This document shows, piece after piece, positions 24,900-32,000 of a DNA stretch of 32,000 bases. Where the stretch lies: the NCBI RefSeq assembly GCF_000172995.2, contig NC_014729.1, positions 1,590,001 through 1,622,000 of the forward strand. Reading direction: 5' to 3'. Each line of letters starts with the position of its first letter. The first letter of the stretch is position 1. The notes below the pieces were generated by a model. That model had not been told where the DNA came from. It searched no databases and was given only the letters and a program-made list of their open reading frames with translations. A program made the position numbers and the translations under genes. This DNA comes from Halogeometricum borinquense DSM 11551 (GTDB lineage: Archaea > Halobacteriota > Halobacteria > Halobacteriales > Haloferacaceae).

Positions 24900-26126
24900 A
24901 TGGAATACAGTCACCGCTACCACGCTTACCCGACACAAGCAGTAGCGGAGCGACTGGAATACCACATCGACGTTCATCGCCAAGCGTACAACTACACTCG
25001 GTACGAATACGAGAACGTTGACGCCGACAACATCGGGTCAGCGTACAAACACCACTACCGACTCCCCGATTGGAAAGACGAGTTCTCTGTGTTCTCCGAC
25101 GTGAACTCGAAGGCTCTGCAACGAACCGTCACACGGTTCTATCAGAATCTCTCGAACCTTTCCAAAAAGAAACAGAACGGAAACAAGGTTGGGAAGTTGA
25201 AGTGGAAGTCTCCGACTGAGTACCAGAGCATGACGTATTCGCAGTCCGGCTTCGAACTCAAAAACACGAGTGGCCGACACGCGACGTTAGAACTCTCCAA
25301 AGTCGGAGATATTCGTATTCGCTACCACCGTGAAATCCATGACCAAGCAGAAATCAAGGAAGTCACCATCAAGAAGGAGACAACCGGAGAGTGGTTCGTC
25401 TCGTTCGGCCTCGAAACCGATGATGCTGACTTGCCTGAGAAACCCGACGTGGACTCGCTCAACACGAGCAACAGCGTTGGAATCGACCTCGGCATCCTCA
25501 ACTACATCCACACAAGCGACGGCAAGACCGTGGACTGGCTCGACCTCGAAGACGACTACGAGCGCCTCCGACGAGAACAGCGTAAGTTGTCTCGAAAGGA
25601 GAAAGGATCGAACAACTACGAGAAACAGCGAGTCGAAGTAGCGAAGGTGAAGCGTCATATTCGTCGGAAGGTGCTGGACTACCAGCACAAACTCACGACG
25701 TGGCTCGTCAAGGAGTATGACGCCGTGTTCGTGGAAGACCTGAACGTCCAGTGTATGCTTCAGGACGACGGGAACGCTCGGAACAAGCAGGACGTGGCGT
25801 GGCGACAGTTCATCACCTTGCTTGAATACAAGGGAGACTTGCACGGAACGCACGTCGTTCAGGTTGATGCTCGGGGCACGACGAAAGAGTGTGCGTCGTG
25901 CGGTGTAGAGACGGCGAAACCTATCTGGGTTCGTGAGCATTCGTGTCCGGCGTGTGGGTTTGAAACGGATAGGGATGCAAACGCTTCGTTGAACGTCTTG
26001 CAGAGAGGCTTTTCTGCATTAGGGCTGGGATGGCCCGAATCAACGCCCGTGGAGACTGCGCTCCCTACGGATACTCATTCGGTATCTGCAAAGCGCGTCG
26101 TGGAAACGGGAAGCCTCGGGGCTTGA
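24900..26126 (+). CDS. tnpB: TnpB (RNA-guided endonuclease of IS200/IS605 elements), apparently intact
   Basis: 408 aa. N-terminus YRYHAYPTQAVAERLEYHIDVHRQAYNY. RuvC-I GIDLGI, RuvC-II VFVEDLN, zinc finger CASCG...CPACG and RuvC-III DRDANASLNV. Confidence 0.92.
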   Translation: MEYSHRYHAYPTQAVAERLEYHIDVHRQAYNYTRYEYENVDADNIGSAYKHHYRLPDWKDEFSVFSDVNSKALQRTVTRFYQNLSNLSKKKQNGNKVGKLKWKSPTEYQSMTYSQSGFELKNTSGRHATLELSKVGDIRIRYHREIHDQAEIKEVTIKKETTGEWFVSFGLETDDADLPEKPDVDSLNTSNSVGIDLGILNYIHTSDGKTVDWLDLEDDYERLRREQRKLSRKEKGSNNYEKQRVEVAKVKRHIRRKVLDYQHKLTTWLVKEYDAVFVEDLNVQCMLQDDGNARNKQDVAWRQFITLLEYKGDLHGTHVVQVDARGTTKECASCGVETAKPIWVREHSCPACGFETDRDANASLNVLQRGFSALGLGWPESTPVETALPTDTHSVSAKRVVETGSLGA

Positions 26127-26134
26127 CCCGAGGC
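26113..26134 (+). repeat. IS right-end hairpin (GCCTCGGG-GCTTGA-CCCGAGGC)
   Basis: 8-bp stem. The tnpB stop codon TGA (26124-26126) lies in the loop. The loop sequence is the same as in the left-end hairpin. Confidence 0.7.
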
Positions 26135-26141
26135 GATTCAC

Positions 26142-26696
26142 ATCGTCCCGTCGGCGAAACCGTTCAACCTCGGGTCGTTCACGCTCGGCGACATCCAGTC
26201 GCTGTCGTACCACACGAAGAAGGTCGGAGCGCCGGTCGATGGAAGCCACGCGCCGAACATCTACGTCAACATCTACACGGAACCGGACAACGAGGACGAT
26301 ACGGCGTCGTGGTACGGGTATCGGCTGAACTGGGAGCCGTACCTGTCGAACAACCTCGACGCACCCGCGGACACGTGGGTTGAGTGGTCCACAGACCCGG
26401 GAACGAATCAGCTAACGTTCTTCGACGCGGCGAACCTCGGTTTCTTCGGCTTCTACGGACAACCAACACTACAGGACCTCCAGTCGGGGACGATAAACTG
26501 GAACGACCACTTCGGGTCGGCAACTGACAAAGAGATCGACTACGCCTCGGAGACAGTGAAGTTCATCGTCTTCGACACCGGGTCGGGATGGGCAGACGAC
26601 CACGAGGGGTACCTCGACGCAATCGAACTGGTCGTGAACTCGGGCCGCGGGAAGTCGGGGAAACCGACCGCGCTCAGAATCGAGTTGGAAGCGTGA
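26142..26696 (+). pseudogene. 3' fragment of the interrupted Tat-secreted protein gene
   Basis: This frame is open from 26127 to TGA at 26694-26696 with no usable start codon (…IVPSAKPFNLGSFTLGDIQSLSYHTKK…WYGYRLNWEPYLS…ALRIELEA) and has acidic, protein-like composition. It joins in frame to 24798. It is absent from the ORF table because it lacks a start. Confidence 0.7.
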
Positions 26697-26711
26697 GAGC
26701 GGAGGGAGGGT

Positions 26712-28013
26712 TCAGACCAGCGCTTCTTCGAGCAGTTGGAGCGGGTGCTTGATGTCGTAGCCGGTGCCGTGTTCCATCTGCATCGAACACGTCGGACACT
26801 CGGTCATGCCGACGTTCCCCTCGGCGTGGCTCATGTGGTCGAACATCTCCTCACCGATTTTCATCGACGTTTCGTACTTCTCTTCTTTCCACCCGTAGGT
26901 TCCGGAGATACCCGAACAGGAGTCGCCCACGTCCTCGATGGTGACGCCGTCGAGTTCGCGGAACAGTTCGACTGCCTGCCGGTCGAGACCCTGATTGCGG
27001 GCGTGACACGGTGCGTGGTAGGCGAACGACTGCTCGGAGACGGAGGCGTCTTTGAGTTCAGATTCGAGGTCCTCGTGGATGCGGAGGTACTCCATCGCCT
27101 CGTACGTGTTCGCGGCGACTTCCTCGGTGCCGTGGTACTCGAACAGTTCGGGATATTCCTGCCGGAGCGACATCGAACAGGAAGTACACGACGCGACGAT
27201 ATCGTACCCTTCCTCAAGGAGGTCGTTGAACTCCGAGACGTTCGTTTTCGCGGCGCGTCCGGCGTCGTCCAACATCCCGTTTGCGAACATCGGCGTCCCC
27301 GAACAGCGTTGTCGCGGGACGGCTATCTCGTAGCCGAACTCCTCGTAGACGCGGACGAGTGCCTTTGCAACCTCGGGCGTGTTGTAGTTCGAGTAACAGC
27401 CGTGGAAGTACGCGATTTTCTTCTCGTCGGAGGAGACTTTCGCGCCACCGCGTTCAGCCCACCACTCGCGGAAGGTCTGTTGGGCGAACTCGGGGAACTC
27501 GCGTTCGGACGTGATACCGAGCACCTTCTCGTTGATCTTCTGGACGAGGGAGTTACCCATCAGGAAGTTGGTCAGTCGGGGCACCTTGCTCCCGATTTCG
27601 GCCATGGTGCGGTAGTTCGAGAGGATGCGGTTGCGGATGTACTCTCGGGAGAGTTTGTCCATCTGCTCGTCTACGTACTCCCCGCGTGCGGTGTTGTGCA
27701 TCTGGCTCAGCGGGACGCTCGACGGACACGCGTTGTCACAGCGCATGCAGTTCGAACACGACATGATGGAGTCGTCGATGTCCGCATCGTCCTTGCGCTT
27801 CAGCCGCCACTGCTCGGGGCCCTGGAACTTCGGCCCGGGGAAGTCGTCGTTGACCTCCGCGACCGGACAGGACGTGTCGCAGGAGGTACACTTATAGCAG
27901 TTGTCCGCGCCGGGACGGAGGTCCATCTCCGTCTCGTCGTCGAACACTTGTACGGGTTCGAAGTCGGTCTGTTCGTCTGGTGTAACGTTGGGTGGGTTCT
28001 CTGCGTCGCTCAT
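26712..28013 (-). CDS. gpdC: Anaerobic-type glycerol-3-phosphate dehydrogenase subunit C (Fe-S, CCG domains)
   Basis: The ATG at 28013 gives MSDAENPP..., 4 nt after the gpdB stop. Two ferredoxin-type clusters, CYKCTSCDTSCP and CSNCMRCDNACP. C-terminal Cys-rich repeats (HGCY..., CCS..., PCH..., CSG..., CPTC). The table start at 28157 adds a basic extension overlapping gpdB and was rejected. Confidence 0.92.
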   Translation of the reverse strand: MSDAENPPNVTPDEQTDFEPVQVFDDETEMDLRPGADNCYKCTSCDTSCPVAEVNDDFPGPKFQGPEQWRLKRKDDADIDDSIMSCSNCMRCDNACPSSVPLSQMHNTARGEYVDEQMDKLSREYIRNRILSNYRTMAEIGSKVPRLTNFLMGNSLVQKINEKVLGITSEREFPEFAQQTFREWWAERGGAKVSSDEKKIAYFHGCYSNYNTPEVAKALVRVYEEFGYEIAVPRQRCSGTPMFANGMLDDAGRAAKTNVSEFNDLLEEGYDIVASCTSCSMSLRQEYPELFEYHGTEEVAANTYEAMEYLRIHEDLESELKDASVSEQSFAYHAPCHARNQGLDRQAVELFRELDGVTIEDVGDSCSGISGTYGWKEEKYETSMKIGEEMFDHMSHAEGNVGMTECPTCSMQMEHGTGYDIKHPLQLLEEALV

Positions 28014-28017
28014 GTAG

Positions 28018-29280
28018 TCAGGCTTCCTCCCCGGCGCGGCTTCCGGCGACGGCTCCCGTCGCCAGTGAAACGCCGCTCGCGGATTTCTCGCGCGCCACGT
28101 CGGCACCGCCGACGACGCTGCCCGCAGCGCGTAGGTTCTCGAAGTGTGGTTCGCCACTCGCCGTGGTGGGTCGCATCTCCTCGTCGGGGACGACGCCGAA
28201 CCGGGCGAACTCGTGGCCGCCGAACGCTTCCTCGTCGGACCAGTCGTACCGGTCGTCGGGGTGCGGGATGTGACAGCCGAAGACTGGTTCGGTGACGCGC
28301 TCGCGGTCGGAGTCGATTCCCTTGCCGACGAGTCCCCCCGTTGCGAGGACGAACTCCTCGGCGTGGTACGGGACGCGGTTCCCCCTGCGGTCTACGTACA
28401 CTGCCTCGATTCGGTCGCCGTCGGCCTCGTAGCCCACAGCGGGGTTCCCGGTCGAGATTCGGACGCCAGCCTCGTCTAAGGCGTCGAACAGGCGGTCTTC
28501 GAGTTGGAGGCCGAGGAGACTCGGCGGTCCGGTCGGCACCTCGAACACCGAGACGCCGAGTCGGTCTTCGAGTTCCGCGCGAACTTCCTCGCCGTGTGCG
28601 TCTCCGAGCATCGCGGGGAAGCCGACCCGCTCTTCGCCTTCGAGGTGTGCTTTCACCGTCTCCGCGAGGCTCCGGCGGACGCCGACGCGGCCGGCGGATT
28701 CGTCTTTGTCTAACGCCTTCGCCAAACGGGTCAGGCGCGCGTCGTCGCGGAACGTTTTGGGGAACGGAACGCGGACGCCGCGCGTCTCGAACGGGACGCC
28801 CGCGGCAGCAACGTGGTCGGCGACGACCTGCGGTGCGAAGTCAGTCGTTCCCTCGAACCCGACAAACAGAGTCGGTTCCCCCACGCTGGCAAGGCCCGGT
28901 TCGACCGACTTCGGATACCGCGCTGTCGGTTTGACCGTTCCGCCGTAGGTTGGAACGAGCGCATTCGTGTCGGTGTGCCCGCCCGCGTACATCTCGCCAA
29001 CCGCCTCGTCGAAGATGCGCAGTCCCTCCTTGATTCCGTCCTCGCCGACGAGTTTGTACGGGTGGTCGTCGGGGAGGTCGGATATCGCGGCGTAGGGGTC
29101 CGCATGTGGTCCGTCTCCATCCGTGTAGCCGAGTACGTCTATCAGCCCGCTGGCTTGCCTGAGCGTACTCTTCTTGTGCGCGACGAGTCTGACCGTCTTG
29201 CCCGACTCGGCCGCGGCGAGAGCGGACGTTGCGGCCGCGAGGCCGCCGCCGACGACGAGCACGTCTTCACGAATCGGCAT
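28018..29280 (-). CDS. gpdB: Anaerobic-type glycerol-3-phosphate dehydrogenase subunit B
   Basis: 420 aa: [22 protein letters not shown] (FAD fold), ...[10 protein letters not shown].... Sits between the A and C subunits. Its start overlaps the gpdA stop by 14 nt. Confidence 0.92.
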   Translation of the reverse strand: MPIREDVLVVGGGLAAATSALAAAESGKTVRLVAHKKSTLRQASGLIDVLGYTDGDGPHADPYAAISDLPDDHPYKLVGEDGIKEGLRIFDEAVGEMYAGGHTDTNALVPTYGGTVKPTARYPKSVEPGLASVGEPTLFVGFEGTTDFAPQVVADHVAAAGVPFETRGVRVPFPKTFRDDARLTRLAKALDKDESAGRVGVRRSLAETVKAHLEGEERVGFPAMLGDAHGEEVRAELEDRLGVSVFEVPTGPPSLLGLQLEDRLFDALDEAGVRISTGNPAVGYEADGDRIEAVYVDRRGNRVPYHAEEFVLATGGLVGKGIDSDRERVTEPVFGCHIPHPDDRYDWSDEEAFGGHEFARFGVVPDEEMRPTTASGEPHFENLRAAGSVVGGADVAREKSASGVSLATGAVAGSRAGEEA

Positions 29281-31051
29281 CGTTCACCTCCGCCAGCGAA
29301 CCGTCGGTTGGCGCGCCTCCGTCTGTCGCCGCCCGGTCGGTGTCGCCGCCGGTACCCGACGTTTCTCCGGCAGCCGCCCCGGTTCCGGCGTCGAACGCGC
29401 CGAAGTCCACATCGGCATCGGACGCGGCGGGGTCGCCGTCACGGTTCATCGTCGTCGCGTGGAGCATGTGCTTCAGCATTGCCTGTGAGAGTTGTCTGCC
29501 CCAGAGGGCGTGTCGTTCGCCCTTCCAGCGTTCTTGGTAGAGTTCGTCCAGCGAGTCGCGGACGACGAGTTCGCTGTGATCCTCGACCAGTTCGTTAGCC
29601 ATTCGGTGCGAGCAGAACGCACCCTGACAGTTCCCCATCGAGGCGCGCGTTCGGATCCGGACGGCGTTCAGGTCGGTCCCCGCGTGGTTCATCGCGTCGT
29701 GAATCTCCGCGCGCGTGACGCCTTCGCACTCACAGACAACGGGGTTCGGGCCGTCCCACTCGCCGAGTACGTCGTCCGTACGCGACCCAAGTCGCTGAGC
29801 GCTCCGGCGTCCGATAGGCGAGCGAATCCCGAACTCGTCCATCCAATCGCGGAGGACGGAGAAGTCTTCAGATCCTGGCAGTGGCTCCTCAGCGGTCCGA
29901 CACTCGGCCTCGACGCCGACTTTCTCGCAGACGTGGTCGGAAATCTTCTCGGCCATCATGCGGTAGGTGGTCAGCTTTCCGCCGACGATAGAGGACATGC
30001 CCGGCAGGTCGTCCCGGTCGGCGTGGTCTAAGAGGAAGAAATCGCGCGTGATGTCCGTCGGGTCCTCCGTCCCCGTTCCCGGCGGTTCGTAAAGCGGACG
30101 GACCCCCCAGAACGAGCGAATCGTCCGCGCTTCGCTCAGCATCGGCACGAGTTCCGAGAGTGTATCGATCATCAGATCGACTTCCCACCCTTCCTCGGGG
30201 TAGTCTTCGGGGTCATCGACTTCTTCGTCGGTGGTGCCGAGGATGCACGTCGTCTCGTGCGGGACGACGATATCGGCGTCGCCTTTCGGCCGACAGCGGT
30301 TGACGACCGTATCGACTTGCCGCACGTTCATGATGGTCATGACGCCCTTCGAGGGGCGAACCGCCACATCGACGCCCGCCATGTCGCCGATTTGCCCGGC
30401 CCACGCGCCCGTTGCGTTCACGACGTAGTCGGCGTACAGTTTTTCCCGCGTTCCGGGTTCGCCCTCGGCGATTCCGAGGTCTGCCTCCCCGTGTTCGACT
30501 TCGACACCGACGACTTCGCCGTCTTCGATGAGCACGTCAACGACTTCGGCGTGCGTCTCGACGCGGGCACCGTGATCGATGGCGTCGGCGGCGTTGGCGA
30601 CACAGAGACGGAACGGATCAATCGCGCCGTCGGGGACGCGGATGGCTCGTTTGATGTCCTCTGCGAGGTACGGTTCCATCTCGCGGGCCTCTTCGGCGGA
30701 GAGAACTTCGGCCGGGATGCCACACTCGCGGCACCCTTCTAACTTCTCCTCGAAGTAGTCGTCGCTGTCCTCGGGCCGTTGGACGAACAGACCGCCGGTC
30801 ATCTCCACGCAGTGACTTGCGATCCGTCGCAGGACGCGGTTTTCTTCGATACACTCTGTCGCGGACGGCTGGTCAGAGACGGCGTATCGTCCCCCACTGT
30901 GGAGTAAGCCGTGCATCCGGCCCGTCGTCCCGTGTGTCAGGTTCCCCTTCTCGACGAGAGTCACGTCGAGTCCGCGCATCGCAAGGTCGCGTACGATGCC
31001 GCACCCGGTTGACCCGCCGCCGATGACGAGGACGCTCGGCGTTTCGGTCAT
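29267..31051 (-). CDS. gpdA: Anaerobic-type glycerol-3-phosphate dehydrogenase subunit A (FAD, BFD-like [2Fe-2S] domain)
   Basis: The ATG at 31051 gives [36 protein letters not shown]...[14 protein letters not shown]. The BFD-like region is [13 protein letters not shown]...[10 protein letters not shown] low-complexity acidic/Gly tail of about 70 aa follows. The table start at 31081 is a GTG. Confidence 0.95.
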   Translation of the reverse strand: MTETPSVLVIGGGSTGCGIVRDLAMRGLDVTLVEKGNLTHGTTGRMHGLLHSGGRYAVSDQPSATECIEENRVLRRIASHCVEMTGGLFVQRPEDSDDYFEEKLEGCRECGIPAEVLSAEEAREMEPYLAEDIKRAIRVPDGAIDPFRLCVANAADAIDHGARVETHAEVVDVLIEDGEVVGVEVEHGEADLGIAEGEPGTREKLYADYVVNATGAWAGQIGDMAGVDVAVRPSKGVMTIMNVRQVDTVVNRCRPKGDADIVVPHETTCILGTTDEEVDDPEDYPEEGWEVDLMIDTLSELVPMLSEARTIRSFWGVRPLYEPPGTGTEDPTDITRDFFLLDHADRDDLPGMSSIVGGKLTTYRMMAEKISDHVCEKVGVEAECRTAEEPLPGSEDFSVLRDWMDEFGIRSPIGRRSAQRLGSRTDDVLGEWDGPNPVVCECEGVTRAEIHDAMNHAGTDLNAVRIRTRASMGNCQGAFCSHRMANELVEDHSELVVRDSLDELYQERWKGERHALWGRQLSQAMLKHMLHATTMNRDGDPAASDADVDFGAFDAGTGAAAGETSGTGGDTDRAATDGGAPTDGSLAEVNDADS

Positions 31052-31081
31052 CTCACCTTCGACAGGTGGGACTGCCAGCAC

Positions 31082-31090
31082 TTTATTTTA
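31082..31090 (-). promoter_or_regulatory. TATA-like box (TAAAATAAA) upstream of gpdA
   Basis: Lies 31-39 nt upstream of the ATG at 31051 on the minus strand. It is the first A/T-rich element upstream of the operon. Confidence 0.4.
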
Positions 31091-31400
31091 CCTCTCGACG
31101 GGCACCACTAGTAAATTAATTATCCGCCGACTGTTCTGTAGTGTGACTGGTTCATAGACGCCGTATACGGCTGTATATGGCGAATTAGCATCGAAGTACT
31201 GTCTCTACAGCCAAAAACACGAATAAACGATCATAATAGTTACTGGAGCCGTTACTTATCGAAGAGGACTCTCTTAGAACACGTCGATTAATGGCCGAAT
31301 CAGCGACTGTCACTGAATATATTCGGCCCAGAAAATAGATATCGATACCGGGAGTTTTTATCGATCCTCGAAGAACCTCGCAACGACACCCGGAACGACG

Positions 31401-32000
31401 ATGAGACTTACTGACCGAATCGACCGACGACGACGACGCGGGGACGGGACTCACCGACTCGTCCGCGACCTGTCCGCGCTGAACCCGACGCACCACCTCA
31501 CAGAACCGGTCGGCCGTGGACCGACGCTCGAACGACTCCTCGACCGACTCGACCCCGCATTCGACGGCCGCCTCCCCGAGAGCTTCTGCGTCGTCGGGCC
31601 GAAAGGCGCTGGAAAGTCCGCGGTCGTGGCCGCGTTGTTCGAACATCTCGCCGCGACGGCACCGACTCAACACGGTGCTATACAGACGACGACGCGTGCT
31701 GCAACGTCTGCGGTCACCGAGTTCGCCGCCGTTGACGCGCGCGCCGCGGATTCAGAATTTGCGCTTCTCCGCGCCGTCCTCGCTGCCGTCGCCGATGACG
31801 CCGTCCCCGAACGGGGCGTCGGCACCGCTGCCCTCCGTGACAGACTCCGCGACGAACTCGACCGGTTTCGCCGTCTCGTCGTCGCCGTCGATCACGTGGG
31901 AGAATCGAAGACAGTCACGCTCGAAACACTCGATTCGACGTTCGAGGAGATGTCGCCGGCACTCTCGTACGTCGCCGTCGGGCGTGCGTTTCCCGACGCC
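31401..32000 (+). CDS. Orc1/Cdc6-like AAA+ ATPase, 5' part (runs off the right edge of the window)
   Basis: Frame open from the ATG at 31401 to the window end (200 codons), so it is absent from the ORF table. MRLTDRIDRRRRRGDG...LNPTHHLTEPVGRGPTLERLLDRLDPAFDGRLPESFCVVGPKGAGKSAVVAALFEHL has the Orc1/Cdc6 N-terminal layout: arm, then vGR..e...L...L, then a Walker A motif GPxGxGKS. A Walker-B-like segment LVVAVDHV follows. Confidence 0.6.
   Translation, partial: MRLTDRIDRRRRRGDGTHRLVRDLSALNPTHHLTEPVGRGPTLERLLDRLDPAFDGRLPESFCVVGPKGAGKSAVVAALFEHLAATAPTQHGAIQTTTRAATSAVTEFAAVDARAADSEFALLRAVLAAVADDAVPERGVGTAALRDRLRDELDRFRRLVVAVDHVGESKTVTLETLDSTFEEMSPALSYVAVGRAFPDA

Larger units (their letters stand above)
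24799..26141 (+). mobile_element. IS200/IS605-family, TnpB-only (IS1341-like) insertion sequence, about 1.34 kb
   Basis: Single tnpB ORF with no tnpA. Subterminal hairpins at both ends share a CTTGA loop. The left flank ends in TTAC, 18 nt before the left hairpin. The proposed ends restore an uninterrupted host ORF. Boundaries are inferred and uncertain by a few nt. Confidence 0.8.

Noticed and set aside
26030-26383. 117-aa plus-strand ORF reading out of the tnpB 3' end into the flank
   Set aside because: It starts inside tnpB in another frame and gives a basic Arg-rich product. It is in a different frame from the protein-like open frame (26127-26696) that matches the interrupted secreted-protein gene.
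26736-28295. 519-aa plus-strand ORF antisense to gpdC/gpdB. The same holds for 3834-4835 (-), 6391-7137 (-), 8831-9634 (-), 19240-20325 (-) and 21840-22586 (+).
   Set aside because: All are antisense shadow ORFs with basic, Arg-rich, low-complexity products. Each overlaps a confidently identified gene on the other strand.
31082-31400. Possible replication origin next to the orc-like gene
   Set aside because: I found no repeated ORB-like elements (long conserved repeats with G-strings in inverted orientation flanking an A/T-rich DUE). Only short unrelated palindromes are present. It is kept as a regulatory-region finding instead.
31185-31673. 162-aa minus-strand ORF at the right edge
   Set aside because: It overlaps the AT-rich intergenic region and the 5' part of the Orc1/Cdc6-like gene. 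It has no motifs. The plus-strand frame carries a clear Walker A motif and the Orc-type N-terminus.
1-32000. Search for tRNA, rRNA, CRISPR arrays and other structured RNA genes
   Set aside because: I spotted no T-loop-type GGTTCRAATCC motifs in a cloverleaf context, no rRNA-like stretches, and no regularly spaced direct repeats with spacers. The only tandem repeats are the 27-bp coding repeat and the 52-bp duplication. A computational scan (tRNAscan-SE, Infernal) would be more decisive than reading by eye.

Overview
GC-rich, densely coding haloarchaeal chromosome segment. Predicted proteins are strongly acidic, many genes have an A/T box about 25-30 nt upstream of the ATG (leaderless type), and every real gene casts long Arg/Ser/Pro-rich shadow ORFs on the other strand. 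From memory, gene content and protein sequences resemble the Haloferax volcanii psmB-ligA and gpdABC-glpK-glpX neighbourhoods, so this is probably a Haloferacaceae-like organism; I could not run a search to confirm this.

Most of the window is housekeeping: ATP-dependent DNA ligase, proteasome beta subunit, UPF0212 protein, HTH-CBS regulator, cytochrome P450, PurM, an M50 site-2 protease, a TraB/TIKI-family protein, MOFRL glycerate kinase, a membrane-anchored wHTH protein, a DUF151 nuclease, IleRS, and the glycerol genes (glpK, a glpX-like gene, gpdA/B/C).

The only clearly accessory part lies between glpK and gpdC, about 23.0-26.7 kb. It holds a diverged, C-terminally short GlpA paralogue transcribed divergently from glpK. 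It also holds a Tat-secreted protein gene disrupted by a TnpB-only IS200/IS605-type element with recognisable end hairpins.

Other notable items:
- a perfect 52-bp tandem duplication in a convergent intergenic region
- a 27-bp x3 acidic repeat inside ligA
- AT-rich, repeat- and palindrome-rich control regions upstream of purM and of a partial Orc1/Cdc6-like ATPase gene at the right edge
- a co-oriented TraB-family plus S2P protease gene pair

I could not recognise any tRNA, rRNA or CRISPR array. I found no convincing multi-gene novel system; the findings below are candidates of modest strength.
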